The translations under genes and the position numbers were made by a program. A DNA stretch of 64,000 bases from Escherichia phage PNJ1902. The notes under the pieces are model-generated. The model was not told the origin of the DNA, searched no databases, and was given only the letters and a program-made list of their open reading frames with translations. The stretch's first letter is position 1. Every line of letters begins with the position of its first letter. This document shows, in pieces, positions 30,407 through 40,423 of this stretch. The stretch lies in the sequence record OK254197.1; one strand, 5' to 3'.

Positions 30407-31741
30407 TGCAATTTTAGCTAATTGAACTGCTTTCTCCGGAGTCATAGTAATAGTTTTCCACCCATTATTACGATATACTGCCATACGTCCAGAAGCCTGT
30501 CTTAGTCCAGTGCCGCCTTTCATAATTAGATCTACAACAATAGGGTCGAGTTTACCCTCGACAATACGTTGAACACGTCCTGCAAGCTGTTCGATGAGAG
30601 ACTCATTATTAATAAGACTTCCCATTATTAAACAAGACAACTCATTAAGAGAAATACCTTCAGAGAAGATACTTTGAGCTGCTGCAAGTACACAGGGTCC
30701 ACCTTTTGCTATATCTTCCTGAATTTTTAATCGGTCATCTAAGTGGGTTGCCCCTATAATTTCATATGTTGTAACACCACGCTGTGTAAGAGCTTCTAGT
30801 ACTGTTTGGATTAACTCTGTTCTATCACTTACAATGAGTACTTTATGCCCCATATTCACGTATAAATGTGCCAGGTTTATAATAGTCTCTCGATATTCAG
30901 GATGATTATACACATCGTTAGCACGTAATGCCCACGGTACGTTTTGGTTTCCTGATAACTCAACAGGCACGGAGTACCTATGGATTGTAGGTGCAACAGT
31001 ATTATTAACCGGCGGACTAAAGATCTTATATCCAAAGAAATCTTTGAACATAACTTGTAGACCATCTTTCCGTTTTAATGTTCCAGATAGTCCAATCTTA
31101 TAGCGAGCGCATGATATTTCTAGGAAGTTAGTGAAAGTTGTAGCCACACAATGGTGAACTTCATCAACTATAACAGTACCGAATACTTTAGAAAGATTAT
31201 TCGCATGTTTATTCACTGTTTGAATATTACTGACCACAATTGGCGGATCAATATTGTACTTCCCAGAACCTATGATGCCTGGTTCAAACCCAAACCATTT
31301 ACGAACTTCTGCTGCCCACATCTCACGAATGGATGTATTCGTACATATTACCAGAGTTTTCTGGCCAAATTTATATGCAAGTGCAAGAGCTAGGATAGTT
31401 TTGCCAAATCCGGGCTTACCATTAATAATACAGGTATCATCACACTCTTCATATATTGGGAGCTGGTCTTCTTCACGCAGTTTGAACTTAGGTTTTGGTA
31501 TATCTACCGGGGCTAATGTGCGTTTATCAACTAATTCGTATTTTACTCCTTTAGCATCTAGTAAATCCAGACGCGTGATAGGAATCCACTTAATCTCTTT
31601 AGCAACAACACCACTATTCTTATACATAATAGGGTATTTACTAGTCATTGTCTCTATGTGATAAGTGGTTTGCTTACTACAATAATCCCAAAGTTCATCA
31701 TCGGGCTTGAAATAGGCTTTATTAGATATAACAACCTTCAT
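30389..31741 (-). CDS. SF2-type DNA helicase (D10-like)
   Basis: 450 aa; Walker A GKPGFGKT, DEVHH box. Confidence 0.8.
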   Translation of the reverse strand: MKVVISNKAYFKPDDELWDYCSKQTTYHIETMTSKYPIMYKNSGVVAKEIKWIPITRLDLLDAKGVKYELVDKRTLAPVDIPKPKFKLREEDQLPIYEECDDTCIINGKPGFGKTILALALAYKFGQKTLVICTNTSIREMWAAEVRKWFGFEPGIIGSGKYNIDPPIVVSNIQTVNKHANNLSKVFGTVIVDEVHHCVATTFTNFLEISCARYKIGLSGTLKRKDGLQVMFKDFFGYKIFSPPVNNTVAPTIHRYSVPVELSGNQNVPWALRANDVYNHPEYRETIINLAHLYVNMGHKVLIVSDRTELIQTVLEALTQRGVTTYEIIGATHLDDRLKIQEDIAKGGPCVLAAAQSIFSEGISLNELSCLIMGSLINNESLIEQLAGRVQRIVEGKLDPIVVDLIMKGGTGLRQASGRMAVYRNNGWKTITMTPEKAVQLAKIAFGNSS

Positions 31742-32235
31742 AATTTTATTCTAAGTCTAGGAATTTCAGGCTCCTCTTGATGGACTTGATAAATAACAGG
31801 GCTATTATTTACCAGAATATAGCTTATATAAGCTGGAACATAGGATAATACAAATGGGTATGGAACTTTAGCTACATAGCATTGGTATTTTCCGTTATAA
31901 ATTCTAGCTGAATGCAAAACTTTAGAGGTGACAACATCATAGAACGTAGTTTTCTTCCAGTTAATAAGATTTCCATCAGAATCTATAAATTGGCTACGCT
32001 TTGACCCAACTAATTGAGACAACATTGATATTCTACCTCTAATAGGATAGAGCTTGTATGGTAATTCTTTCCGTTTCTCAAATAGAATAAGTCTACGTTG
32101 AGAAAACGTGCCAGGCAACTTCCTGTTATCTAGCACATATTTATTATACCTTGTTGTAATTACGGAATAATCACCTTCTTGCTCAATTGATACAAACGCC
32201 CGTAAAGCATATACGGGCAATTTGAAATCAAGCAC
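31738..32235 (-). CDS. Hypothetical protein
   Basis: 165 aa ORF between DNA polymerase and helicase, overlapping both. Confidence 0.5.
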   Translation of the reverse strand: MLDFKLPVYALRAFVSIEQEGDYSVITTRYNKYVLDNRKLPGTFSQRRLILFEKRKELPYKLYPIRGRISMLSQLVGSKRSQFIDSDGNLINWKKTTFYDVVTSKVLHSARIYNGKYQCYVAKVPYPFVLSYVPAYISYILVNNSPVIYQVHQEEPEIPRLRIKL

Positions 32236-34795
32236 CGAGAATCCTTCTCACGTTATCCAAATCTTTACATACAGCAATAAACTTATCATCCTTGTATTTG
32301 CTATGATCTGGATGCTCTTTATCCATTGCAGCTAGTTTCTTATACTCGAACTCTGCATCAAGTAATACACCCTTGACATAACGAGTATATTCATCATCAT
32401 CAATACAAGCGATTGATGGGTGCTGTTTCTTCATCTTACCACAAGAGTAGTCACGAGAACCTCCAGCTTCAGAATCTGAATCAATACCAATCGGACAGCC
32501 AGGAATACTGATACCACGGTCTTTCTGAATATTACGAATCAGGATTTCATTGTATTGATCAATCAAGTCTTCACGAACAATAGCAACCACGGAGTCGTGA
32601 ACCAGCATAACAATCTTCATCTCTTGTTCTAGGCCAAGAGAAATGATCTCATTATCTGCGTCTACAGCACCTAAAAGGAGACTATCAGAAGAAGCAGACT
32701 GAATGATTGCGTTAAATCCAGAACGAATTTCTTCACCCTGAACACCACGGTCTTCGGAATGAATATTATGCAGACGACGCTTACGACCAAAGTGGCTATA
32801 GATAAATCCATGATTCTTGATCTGATCGTGGCACTTATCAATCCAACGCTTAAGCTGTGGGAACTGACCGAAGTAAGTTTCAATGTACTCTTTAGCATCT
32901 GCAACAGTACACTCTACAAACGGTTCGCCTGTCTTAGCAGCCTGCTCCAGAAGAGCTTCGTTAACAGAATGAGCTACTTTAGCTGGGCCAGAACCATATA
33001 GAATACCAAAGGTGATTGCTTTAGCTGCTTGACGCAGAGCTGGGAATAACTTTTTAACATCACGAGGCTCGCATTGGAGTTTAAATACCATGTGTGCGAT
33101 GTTAGAGTGGAAGTCAGGGTATTTATCAGGTTCATTTCTCATGTTGATAAATACTTGTTGCATATTTCTATCACCAGATAGAACAGCAGCATAATAAACT
33201 TCCGCAGTTGTTAAGTCCCATGCGATTACACGATACCCAGGAGGAGCTACTACACAACCCTTGATAATAGATTCATCACGAGGTAACTGTTGCAGGTTCA
33301 GTTTACCAGAAGAACTCAGACGACCAGAAGTAGTCATATGTTCGTGGAAACCAGTACGAATGCAACCATCAGCATCAATACTCAGAAGAATTTTCTCAAC
33401 GTAAGTAGAGATCAGCTTAGTCAGCTTACGAATCTCTAGTAGAGTCTTAGCAATTGGATGCTGCGTAGACAATTCGTTCAGAGCTTCTGCATCTGTAGAG
33501 TCTGCTCCAGTATCCGTCAATTTACCTGTTGGAGTTAAGCCAACATAGTCAAACAGAAGAACACGGAGTTGTTTAACAGAGTTTGGGTTAAACGCTTCGT
33601 TCTGATCCTTCTCTAGCTGAACGACTTCTGGATAAGTATACAGCTTCTCACGAGCTTTATTCAGATTATGGGTTAACTGGTACTGAGCTTCTTTTAAACG
33701 ATCAATAGAAATAGGTACACCACGATCCTCAACACGCTGGAGAAATACGCAACCAGGCATTAGAACATCATAATACAGACTGCAAAGTTTTTCATTCTTC
33801 TCAATTTTTGGTAAGAAGAAGTTGTGCAAACGTATAGTGGCATCGGTATCTTTTGCAGCGTAAGGCCACATAATATCAAACGGAATTAAATCATAGGTGA
33901 AATCTTCTTTCTTGATTTTATGTGTTTTGCAGTAATCATCCTTGAACTTATCTAGTTCAAAGTCATAGTCACCCATATCGGTATACTTCATTGCTAAAGA
34001 TTTCAAGCCATGAGTACCACGACGCTCATCTAGAACATAATGCTGCAACATGGTATCATGGAGCCTACGTTCTTTATGTGCTTTATCAAAAGTAAGTCCC
34101 AGATGGTACTTATAAAAGTGCATATCAAACTTCAAGTTGTGAAAAACAATAATGTGGTTTTCACTATCCAGAATTTTCTGGAGATAATATACTGCAACCT
34201 CTGTGAGACAATCAGAATCGATATATACACCCTGATACTCTTGGTGAGACATAGAAACACCAAGCAGATAACCATCTCGACAGTATAGTGCTGAGGTTTC
34301 GGAGTCGAATGCGACAGGTCCGATAACCATATTATACACCATCTTGATATATTCTTCCGCCTCATCGGGGTCAGTAATAGGACGGTAATCACCAGCTTTT
34401 GCAATCTTCTCACGACCATTGATAATATCGTGGATACTCTCTACTGTTGCATCAAAAACTGGTTTCATTTCAGGCTTAAAGTGTAACTGGGCTGGGCTGA
34501 TACTCGCAATCCAGTTAGCATATCCATTATACTCTACACGTTTACCAGTATAGTCACCGATACCTTTCTTACCTGCAAAATATAGGAAAGGTTCAGCACC
34601 TACTAGTATAACAAAATCATAATCATTCGGATCAAATGGGTTTTCTGGTGTTCCAATAGTAATATGTTTTTTAAGCAAACGACCAGATAACTTCTCGTTA
34701 CACATATGGAATACATCAACTTCCTCGCCATATAGCTGGAAATGTTTATCGTAACGAGTGTTATTTAGAGCTTTATCAACTACTGCGATTTTCAA
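32228..34795 (-). CDS. DNA polymerase (family A, with 3'-5' exonuclease domain); TTG start codon
   Basis: 855 aa (same as T5 polymerase); exo motifs and polymerase motifs (e.g. KAITFGILYG-like); strong RBS AGAGGAGA 6 nt upstream of TTG. Confidence 0.93.
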   Translation of the reverse strand: MKIAVVDKALNNTRYDKHFQLYGEEVDVFHMCNEKLSGRLLKKHITIGTPENPFDPNDYDFVILVGAEPFLYFAGKKGIGDYTGKRVEYNGYANWIASISPAQLHFKPEMKPVFDATVESIHDIINGREKIAKAGDYRPITDPDEAEEYIKMVYNMVIGPVAFDSETSALYCRDGYLLGVSMSHQEYQGVYIDSDCLTEVAVYYLQKILDSENHIIVFHNLKFDMHFYKYHLGLTFDKAHKERRLHDTMLQHYVLDERRGTHGLKSLAMKYTDMGDYDFELDKFKDDYCKTHKIKKEDFTYDLIPFDIMWPYAAKDTDATIRLHNFFLPKIEKNEKLCSLYYDVLMPGCVFLQRVEDRGVPISIDRLKEAQYQLTHNLNKAREKLYTYPEVVQLEKDQNEAFNPNSVKQLRVLLFDYVGLTPTGKLTDTGADSTDAEALNELSTQHPIAKTLLEIRKLTKLISTYVEKILLSIDADGCIRTGFHEHMTTSGRLSSSGKLNLQQLPRDESIIKGCVVAPPGYRVIAWDLTTAEVYYAAVLSGDRNMQQVFINMRNEPDKYPDFHSNIAHMVFKLQCEPRDVKKLFPALRQAAKAITFGILYGSGPAKVAHSVNEALLEQAAKTGEPFVECTVADAKEYIETYFGQFPQLKRWIDKCHDQIKNHGFIYSHFGRKRRLHNIHSEDRGVQGEEIRSGFNAIIQSASSDSLLLGAVDADNEIISLGLEQEMKIVMLVHDSVVAIVREDLIDQYNEILIRNIQKDRGISIPGCPIGIDSDSEAGGSRDYSCGKMKKQHPSIACIDDDEYTRYVKGVLLDAEFEYKKLAAMDKEHPDHSKYKDDKFIAVCKDLDNVRRILGA

Positions 34796-34856
34796 ATTTA
34801 ATCTCCTCTTGGTAAGTAAGTATAACTTCAGTGTTTCTTCTCTAACTTACCAATAT

Positions 34857-34886
34857 ATTATACCAAATCTTTAAGCGATTCAGCAA
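34857..34886 (-). promoter_or_regulatory. Early promoter for DNA polymerase gene
   Basis: TTGCTG - 18 bp - TATAAT overlapping the 3' end of the primase ORF. Confidence 0.5.
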
Positions 34887-35748
34887 CTAAAATTTCAATA
34901 CGTTTTGCTAACATATCAATTTCATCTTTGTTTAAATCACCTGGATCTTTGCCTTCAGGCAGGAGAAAGTTAGCAACTACAGGTGTTAAACGCGTTTTTG
35001 TACGAATTAGCTTGGCCAACGCTTGTGCAGCTTTATTACCAGAAGCATCATTATCTAGTAAGATAACAACAACTTTTACACCAGCAATAATATAAGGACT
35101 GAACTTATCTGCAATGTTATCTGAAGTGAACTGATGTGTACCAAAGCAGCAAGAAGCATAGTCTATACCATTATCCTCTAGGTTCAGCATATCAAAGATA
35201 CCTTCAACTAGAATAAGAACTGGAGTATTATATCGTACAGGGAAAATCGGTGGTGAAACTTGTTTTGGTTTTACTAAGTATTTAGGAGGGGCAGAACTGT
35301 TTATAGAACGACCCAAAAATAGGATATTGCGTCCAACAGCATCTGTGATTGGGAATACAATTCTGCCTTCCCAGTCTGCTTGGTGTTGGAAAGCAAAATA
35401 TTTCTTCAAGGTCTTAGAACTTATACCTCGGAAATCACCTTCGAAAAGGTAAGCAGATTCAGGAATTGCAAGATTTGTAGATCCATTCCTAATCTCTGAA
35501 ATCTTTTTACGTACCTGCGATAGTCTTGGGGACTGTCGGTACTGAGTCTCATTAAAATAATGGTAAATGCTCGGTATACCTTTACCGAAGCCACAACTCA
35601 AGCAGTGCATAATACCTGTTTCAGGATCAATACGCAAACTTGGGTGTTTATCGTCATGATCTGGATTGAGACAACAGATGAGGATGTCCCCACCTGTGTC
35701 TTTATATTCAATGCCTTTCAGATCAAGTAGTTCTGTTATTCTACTCAT
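34858..35748 (-). CDS. DNA primase (DnaG-like, zinc finger + TOPRIM)
   Basis: 296 aa; zinc motif CCLNPDH...HCLSCGFGKG; TOPRIM-like LVEGIFDMLNL and ILLDNDASGNKAA. Confidence 0.8.
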   Translation of the reverse strand: MSRITELLDLKGIEYKDTGGDILICCLNPDHDDKHPSLRIDPETGIMHCLSCGFGKGIPSIYHYFNETQYRQSPRLSQVRKKISEIRNGSTNLAIPESAYLFEGDFRGISSKTLKKYFAFQHQADWEGRIVFPITDAVGRNILFLGRSINSSAPPKYLVKPKQVSPPIFPVRYNTPVLILVEGIFDMLNLEDNGIDYASCCFGTHQFTSDNIADKFSPYIIAGVKVVVILLDNDASGNKAAQALAKLIRTKTRLTPVVANFLLPEGKDPGDLNKDEIDMLAKRIEILVAESLKDLV

Positions 35749-37217
35749 ATATCGCTGGCCTGTTCACCTGTTGAATTTTCAGTTTTGTCTTTCTTAGCAC
35801 GTTTAGGTTGAGCTGGCTTATCCTTCTCAATAGGGATAACGAACTCAGCTTCCATTTGAGATATATCTTCCATTGCTAGGTTGGTAGTGTTATCCATTCG
35901 CAGAGTTTCCCAGTTCATTTTAGGCATAAACTTCACGCTATCAGAAGAACGAGTCTTAACGAAGTCAAACATAATAGCACCTTGACCATTATCAGCTTTT
36001 GCAGCATTAAGATTAGCAGCCATGTCAGCGGAATCAAGAATCCCCTTTGACATACGTGTTCTACCGTCTTGATCGATCTGGTAAGGAGCTACACCAGCCA
36101 CGTTATGTTTCTGGCAGATAGATTTGAAAGACGAGCTAACAACCATCTGTTCTTTCCAGTCATACATATCAATGGTTTTAGAGTCTGGAAGTCGGGTTTG
36201 GTTAATATAGTCCAGTAAAGCTACTGTAACTTTATCTCCATATCTAGCAACTAATTTATTTAGTTCTACGTCAACTGTTGTAATAGACAGCTCAGGGTCA
36301 TAAACAATAATCATAGGAGTATGTAGTTCATATCCCTCTATTAGCTTACTCTCCATATCGTAGAAATCGCTCATCTTAGCCATTGTGTACTGTTTAACGA
36401 AGCTATCGAAAAGCTCTTCACCTCCATTAAACATTCTAGCTCTAGTTCTGGCCAATCTCAACAGAGCTGCACCTTCTAGAGTATTATTACGCATTGCTAA
36501 TGCTGATACACCAGCTAACATGGCTAGATTACGTCTAAATACTTCATGTTCTTTCATCTCAATTGAGAAGTATGGAGCAATATCTCCATTCAAATATTGC
36601 TGAACCTGTATGTTTGAACAGATAATGGATTTACCAGTACCACGCCAACCACCAAGCAGTAACGTTTCTGTGCGAGCTAAACCAATTTGAGCGTCGAACT
36701 CATTACAAATACCAAGAGCGATTAAGTTCAGTTTGGTATCTTCTTCTCTCTGGAAAATACGCATGTTATCTGCGTTGAATACTTTTCCAGTATTCGTTAC
36801 TTTCTCTTCTAATTTTAAGTGAAGGGAGGCAACTCGGTTGAGAATTTCTCCCTGATCCAGCATTGTTAAATCTTGAAGCACGTCTGTTTCTAGAAGCTTC
36901 AGGAATAAATCCTGCGTATATTCGGCTTCTAGGACTTCAAGTGCCTGTTCCATGCTCACTTCTGGAATTTGAGTGTTAGCTAAGACGACTAGAGCTTGAG
37001 AAAGGCGGGCGTTCCTATTAGCTTCAAGCATAAGTGCGTCAATGGACGGCATTGTGTTATATTTTTTATAATAATTCTGGACGGCTTGGTAAATTGAGGA
37101 GAAAGCGTCATTAAAATGATCTTTATGCAGTTTTGAGAATGTTTCCAATGCTATTTGCTTCTGTTCGGAAGCTAGAAGCATCTTCAACACTACAGCTTGC
37201 ACGTTAAACAAGGTCAT
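35745..37217 (-). CDS. DnaB-like replicative helicase
   Basis: Walker A GGWRGTGKS followed by FSIEM; start placed at internal ATG (MTLFNV...) preceded by AAGGAG, because a terminator hairpin overlaps the longer ORF. Confidence 0.75.
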   Translation of the reverse strand: MTLFNVQAVVLKMLLASEQKQIALETFSKLHKDHFNDAFSSIYQAVQNYYKKYNTMPSIDALMLEANRNARLSQALVVLANTQIPEVSMEQALEVLEAEYTQDLFLKLLETDVLQDLTMLDQGEILNRVASLHLKLEEKVTNTGKVFNADNMRIFQREEDTKLNLIALGICNEFDAQIGLARTETLLLGGWRGTGKSIICSNIQVQQYLNGDIAPYFSIEMKEHEVFRRNLAMLAGVSALAMRNNTLEGAALLRLARTRARMFNGGEELFDSFVKQYTMAKMSDFYDMESKLIEGYELHTPMIIVYDPELSITTVDVELNKLVARYGDKVTVALLDYINQTRLPDSKTIDMYDWKEQMVVSSSFKSICQKHNVAGVAPYQIDQDGRTRMSKGILDSADMAANLNAAKADNGQGAIMFDFVKTRSSDSVKFMPKMNWETLRMDNTTNLAMEDISQMEAEFVIPIEKDKPAQPKRAKKDKTENSTGEQASDI

Positions 37218-37243
37218 TCTCCTTTGCACGCTTTCGTGCCTTC

Positions 37244-37281
37244 TAAATGCAAAAAGGGGAAGGAGCATAGCCCCCTCCCCT
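37244..37281 (-). terminator. Rho-independent terminator (minus strand) after DNA-binding protein gene
   Basis: GGGGAGGG/CCTTCCCC hairpin followed by TTTTTGCATTT on minus strand. Confidence 0.5.
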
Positions 37282-37299
37282 TAGGTTTAATTTACCAGA

Positions 37300-38067
37300 T
37301 TATTCAGCAGCCGCAGCTTTTGCATCCAGTTTAGCACGCTTAGCGGCACCATCATAGTCCTTAGCAACCAGACCACGACGAGACAGCATAGATTTAACAC
37401 CGCGCTCAGACTTACCAGTTTTCTCAGCGATCTCAGCAACAGTCATGTTAACCAGATCCAGACCTTCTAACAGATCTTCACGAGTTTTAGCACTTGAAGT
37501 TTCCTGTACCGGCATAGCAGCGATACGACCTTCACGAAGCAGGCTCAGAGCTTTACCACGGATCTGCTTGATATTACGACCGAAGTGAGCAGCGATAGCT
37601 TCAATAGTAGCACCAGCAACAACCTGATTAACAAAATCAGTTTCTTCATCCGGAGTAAAGGAACGAACAGCGGCAGCTTTTTCGGTTGGCTTAACAGAAG
37701 CGGTCATTTCCAGACTCAGGATCTTACCCTGTACCTGTTTAGCACCGAACTGACCACCAGCTACAGCAGCAGCGATTTCAGCATAGGTATACTGACCAGC
37801 ATGAGCGTTCAGGAAATCAACCAGTTCAGCTTCCTGCTCAGGAGTCCACGGGGATTTCTGTACTTCGTTAGCTTTTTGTACTTCAAAACCTTCTTTACGC
37901 AGTTTAGAGCCAACAGAGCGAGCAGTAACATCTTTGCCAGTTTCAGCAGCCAGTTCAGCAGCGATAGCAGCTACTTGTTCTTGAGAGATTACAGCAACAC
38001 CCAGAGCAGTGGCTTTTGCTTTCAGAGACTCAGTTACACCTTCTACGTTCCAGTTCAGTTTAGACAT
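37300..38067 (-). CDS. Putative DNA-binding protein with four tandem HTH-like modules
   Basis: 255 aa; four internal repeats of about 35 aa (e.g. ...IAAELAAETGKDVTARSVGSKLRKEG... / ...IEAIAAHFGRNIKQIRGKALSLLREG...); host-optimal codon usage. Confidence 0.5.
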   Translation of the reverse strand: MSKLNWNVEGVTESLKAKATALGVAVISQEQVAAIAAELAAETGKDVTARSVGSKLRKEGFEVQKANEVQKSPWTPEQEAELVDFLNAHAGQYTYAEIAAAVAGGQFGAKQVQGKILSLEMTASVKPTEKAAAVRSFTPDEETDFVNQVVAGATIEAIAAHFGRNIKQIRGKALSLLREGRIAAMPVQETSSAKTREDLLEGLDLVNMTVAEIAEKTGKSERGVKSMLSRRGLVAKDYDGAAKRAKLDAKAAAAE

Positions 38068-38842
38068 TATTATTTTTCTCCAATAGTTCTTTAATCGACA
38101 GGATTTCTATCCCATTCGTTTCGGCTTTCTTATAAGATGAGGAAGAACGTTTTGATTCATCCTCACAGATTAGGTATTTGACGTCTTTAGTAACGGATTT
38201 CTTAACCGTATACCCTAGACTTTCTAAATAGTTTGTTGCATCCGTTCTATTTGCAAAATCTTGCAAAGATCCGGTAATACATACCGCGATTCCTTTTGGC
38301 TGGGCAACTAATTCATCTGTAATGATGATATTAGCTTTTGCACCTCTGATACCTGTTGAGAATTTCCACGGTAGTTCGATAACATCCTTGCCTTGTGGGG
38401 AATTTAGCCAGGCTTTATAGTTTTCTCCAGCCTTACCGTCAGCCTTCACATCGTGGAAGCTAGTGCAATTTTGGGATAATTTCTTTGCTGCAACCTCTCC
38501 AATTAGAGGGATTCCTAAAGAACCGAGAACTGAACCAAAGTCAATGTCTCCGCGAACTTTAGTATTTAATTCGCTAATTAACTTAGCGGCAACCTTGCTA
38601 CCCACGGCTCTAACCAAATCTTCTTCGGTTAGGTAAAATAGTTCTGAAATCTTCGTCAGCTCCAGCTTCTCAATAGTTTTTGGGCCAAAGCCCTTTAACT
38701 TCATTTTTGAACAGAAGTTCTCAATTAACTTACTTGATTGCGCTGGACAGTTGGACTTATTCCGACAGAATAATTGTCCGTTGACAAGATCTAGCTTAGA
38801 ACCACAAGAGGGACATTGTGTTGGAATTTCGATTTTCATCAA
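38060..38842 (-). CDS. NAD-dependent DNA ligase, C-terminal part (Zn finger, HhH, BRCT)
   Basis: 260 aa; CPSCGSKL...CRNKSNC zinc finger, HhH-like GIPLIGEVAAKKL, BRCT-like C-terminus. Confidence 0.8.
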   Translation of the reverse strand: MMKIEIPTQCPSCGSKLDLVNGQLFCRNKSNCPAQSSKLIENFCSKMKLKGFGPKTIEKLELTKISELFYLTEEDLVRAVGSKVAAKLISELNTKVRGDIDFGSVLGSLGIPLIGEVAAKKLSQNCTSFHDVKADGKAGENYKAWLNSPQGKDVIELPWKFSTGIRGAKANIIITDELVAQPKGIAVCITGSLQDFANRTDATNYLESLGYTVKKSVTKDVKYLICEDESKRSSSSYKKAETNGIEILSIKELLEKNNNV

Positions 38843-38869
38843 ATTTCTTCCTTATCAATTTATATAAAT

Positions 38870-38898
38870 ATTATAGCAAGTATTTAAGCATTTAGCAA
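38870..38898 (-). promoter_or_regulatory. Early promoter within ligase spacer
   Basis: TTGCTA - 17 bp - TATAAT then ATTTATATAAATT, followed by RBS AAGGAA. Confidence 0.6.
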
Positions 38899-38962
38899 CT
38901 ACAATTTTAACTAACTTTGCTTACCCTCGCCATAACTTTCTATCCCTCAACTGAATGATAAT

Positions 38963-38991
38963 AGTATATACCTAAGCGGCGAAAATGTCAA
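38963..38991 (-). promoter_or_regulatory. Second promoter within ligase spacer
   Basis: TTGACA - 17 bp - TATACT. Confidence 0.4.
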
Positions 38992-39041
38992 TAACCACTT
39001 TATAATTCCGATATGGTAGATGGGTAGCAAAGGGTTATGTA

Positions 39042-40013
39042 TTAATCGTATACTCGCTCTACGATGCACGGGATTACACCACCAGCACGAATTACTCGAA
39101 TCTGGCAACCGATCTCTAGATCGAGAGAGTTAATATAATCAACGTTATTAAGAGTCGCTTTAACAATTGTAGCATCATCAATAATTACCGGTTCGAAATA
39201 ACCAACTGGAGTTACTTTACCAGAAGCCCCTACCTGCCATTCAACTTTAGTAAGAGTTGTAATCTCGCCTTCTTCATCCTCTTTAATAGCGAATGCTCCA
39301 CGAGGAAATTTATTAGTCCAGCCTTCACGGAAGAATTTGTTGTTGTCATTAATACGAACAACTTTACCATCCGTCGGAATCCATTTAAAGAAGGAACGCA
39401 CATTAACAACTGTTAAGAAGTCCTCATTCTCTAGCCAGAGCATATCTTTTAAATACGATTCTGTAATACCTACAGATTCAGCAGAACACTGGATACCGTA
39501 TGCAACGAAGATTAGACCACCTTCTCCGATACGTTGTACGAAATCATCACTATCTTTGAGGTTAATAGCACCAGAGGCAAAGTTACGTTTATTTTCTACT
39601 TCTTTTGTAATTAGAACTTCACCAGTGATTTGAGTAGGTACTTTTTGGGAAATCTTTTTAGGGATGTTCAGCAATCTTACGTTGCTTGTGACATCATTCC
39701 CTAGAATGCCATTACCACGAGTTAGTGCTTGAACAAATTCGCCATTAATATATAACAGAGAAATCGCACAACCATCTAACTTATCAGTTTCTACCTGACC
39801 TAATGGATTAAACGGAGGTTTATCTCCACGATTATAATAAACTTTCTGTAAAGAATACATACGATACAGATGTGGAATATCTCCCTTAGGCCCAATCTCT
39901 TCTTCTAACGGAAATCTTTTAATCAGACGATCATATTCTTCGTCAGAGATTAAAGACATGCCTTGATAATATGCTTCTTGACAGCGTTTAATAAATTCTT
40001 TTACATTAGTCAT
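39042..40013 (-). CDS. NAD-dependent DNA ligase, N-terminal part (adenylation + OB domain)
   Basis: 323 aa; KxDG adenylation motif (ETDKLDGCAIS), NAD-ligase-like N-terminus. Confidence 0.8.
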   Translation of the reverse strand: MTNVKEFIKRCQEAYYQGMSLISDEEYDRLIKRFPLEEEIGPKGDIPHLYRMYSLQKVYYNRGDKPPFNPLGQVETDKLDGCAISLLYINGEFVQALTRGNGILGNDVTSNVRLLNIPKKISQKVPTQITGEVLITKEVENKRNFASGAINLKDSDDFVQRIGEGGLIFVAYGIQCSAESVGITESYLKDMLWLENEDFLTVVNVRSFFKWIPTDGKVVRINDNNKFFREGWTNKFPRGAFAIKEDEEGEITTLTKVEWQVGASGKVTPVGYFEPVIIDDATIVKATLNNVDYINSLDLEIGCQIRVIRAGGVIPCIVERVYD

Positions 40014-40044
40014 TTATTTATATCTCTCATCAATTTATATAAAT

Positions 40045-40073
40045 ATTATATAATAAAACTGAGTTGAAAGCAA
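40045..40073 (-). promoter_or_regulatory. Early promoter for ligase N-terminal gene
   Basis: TTGCTT - 17 bp - TATAAT, ATTTATATAAATTGA discriminator. Confidence 0.6.
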
Positions 40074-40084
40074 ATACATTTATA

Positions 40085-40117
40085 AAGAAAAAGCCAAGAA
40101 CTAGGCATTCTTGGCTT
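40085..40117 (-). terminator. Rho-independent terminator (minus strand)
   Basis: AGCCAAGAA-loop-TTCTTGGCT hairpin followed by TTTTTCTTT on minus strand. Confidence 0.55.
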
Positions 40118-40409
40118 TGAGTTCTTCAGCTCGTTTCTGTACTTCATGTAAAACCTCAGATTCACTAAGAATCTGTGTAAACGCATAGAAAAGCTGTGAT
40201 GTTGTTTCTAGGGTGTAAGGAAAAGAGAAGCCAGATTTCGTTGGAAACCATTCATCATTAATATCAAGAAGCCAGTAACGAATACCCATGTATAGATTCC
40301 CACGAAATTCAGATACTGTTAATCTTACTTGTTCTCCCTCCTTCTCCCAGAGTATGATGGACTGGTCATCAACGTGTCCTTCATAGTTTTGATTTACCTG
40401 TTCGCTCAT
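40101..40409 (-). CDS. Hypothetical protein
   Basis: 102 aa ORF, acidic. Confidence 0.5.
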   Translation of the reverse strand: MSEQVNQNYEGHVDDQSIILWEKEGEQVRLTVSEFRGNLYMGIRYWLLDINDEWFPTKSGFSFPYTLETTSQLFYAFTQILSESEVLHEVQKRAEELKAKNA

Positions 40410-40423
40410 TTACATATCCCAAA

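Noticed and set aside
37585-38094. 169-aa + strand ORF opposite the multi-HTH protein gene
   Set aside because: Antisense artefact; serine/phenylalanine-rich low-complexity product.
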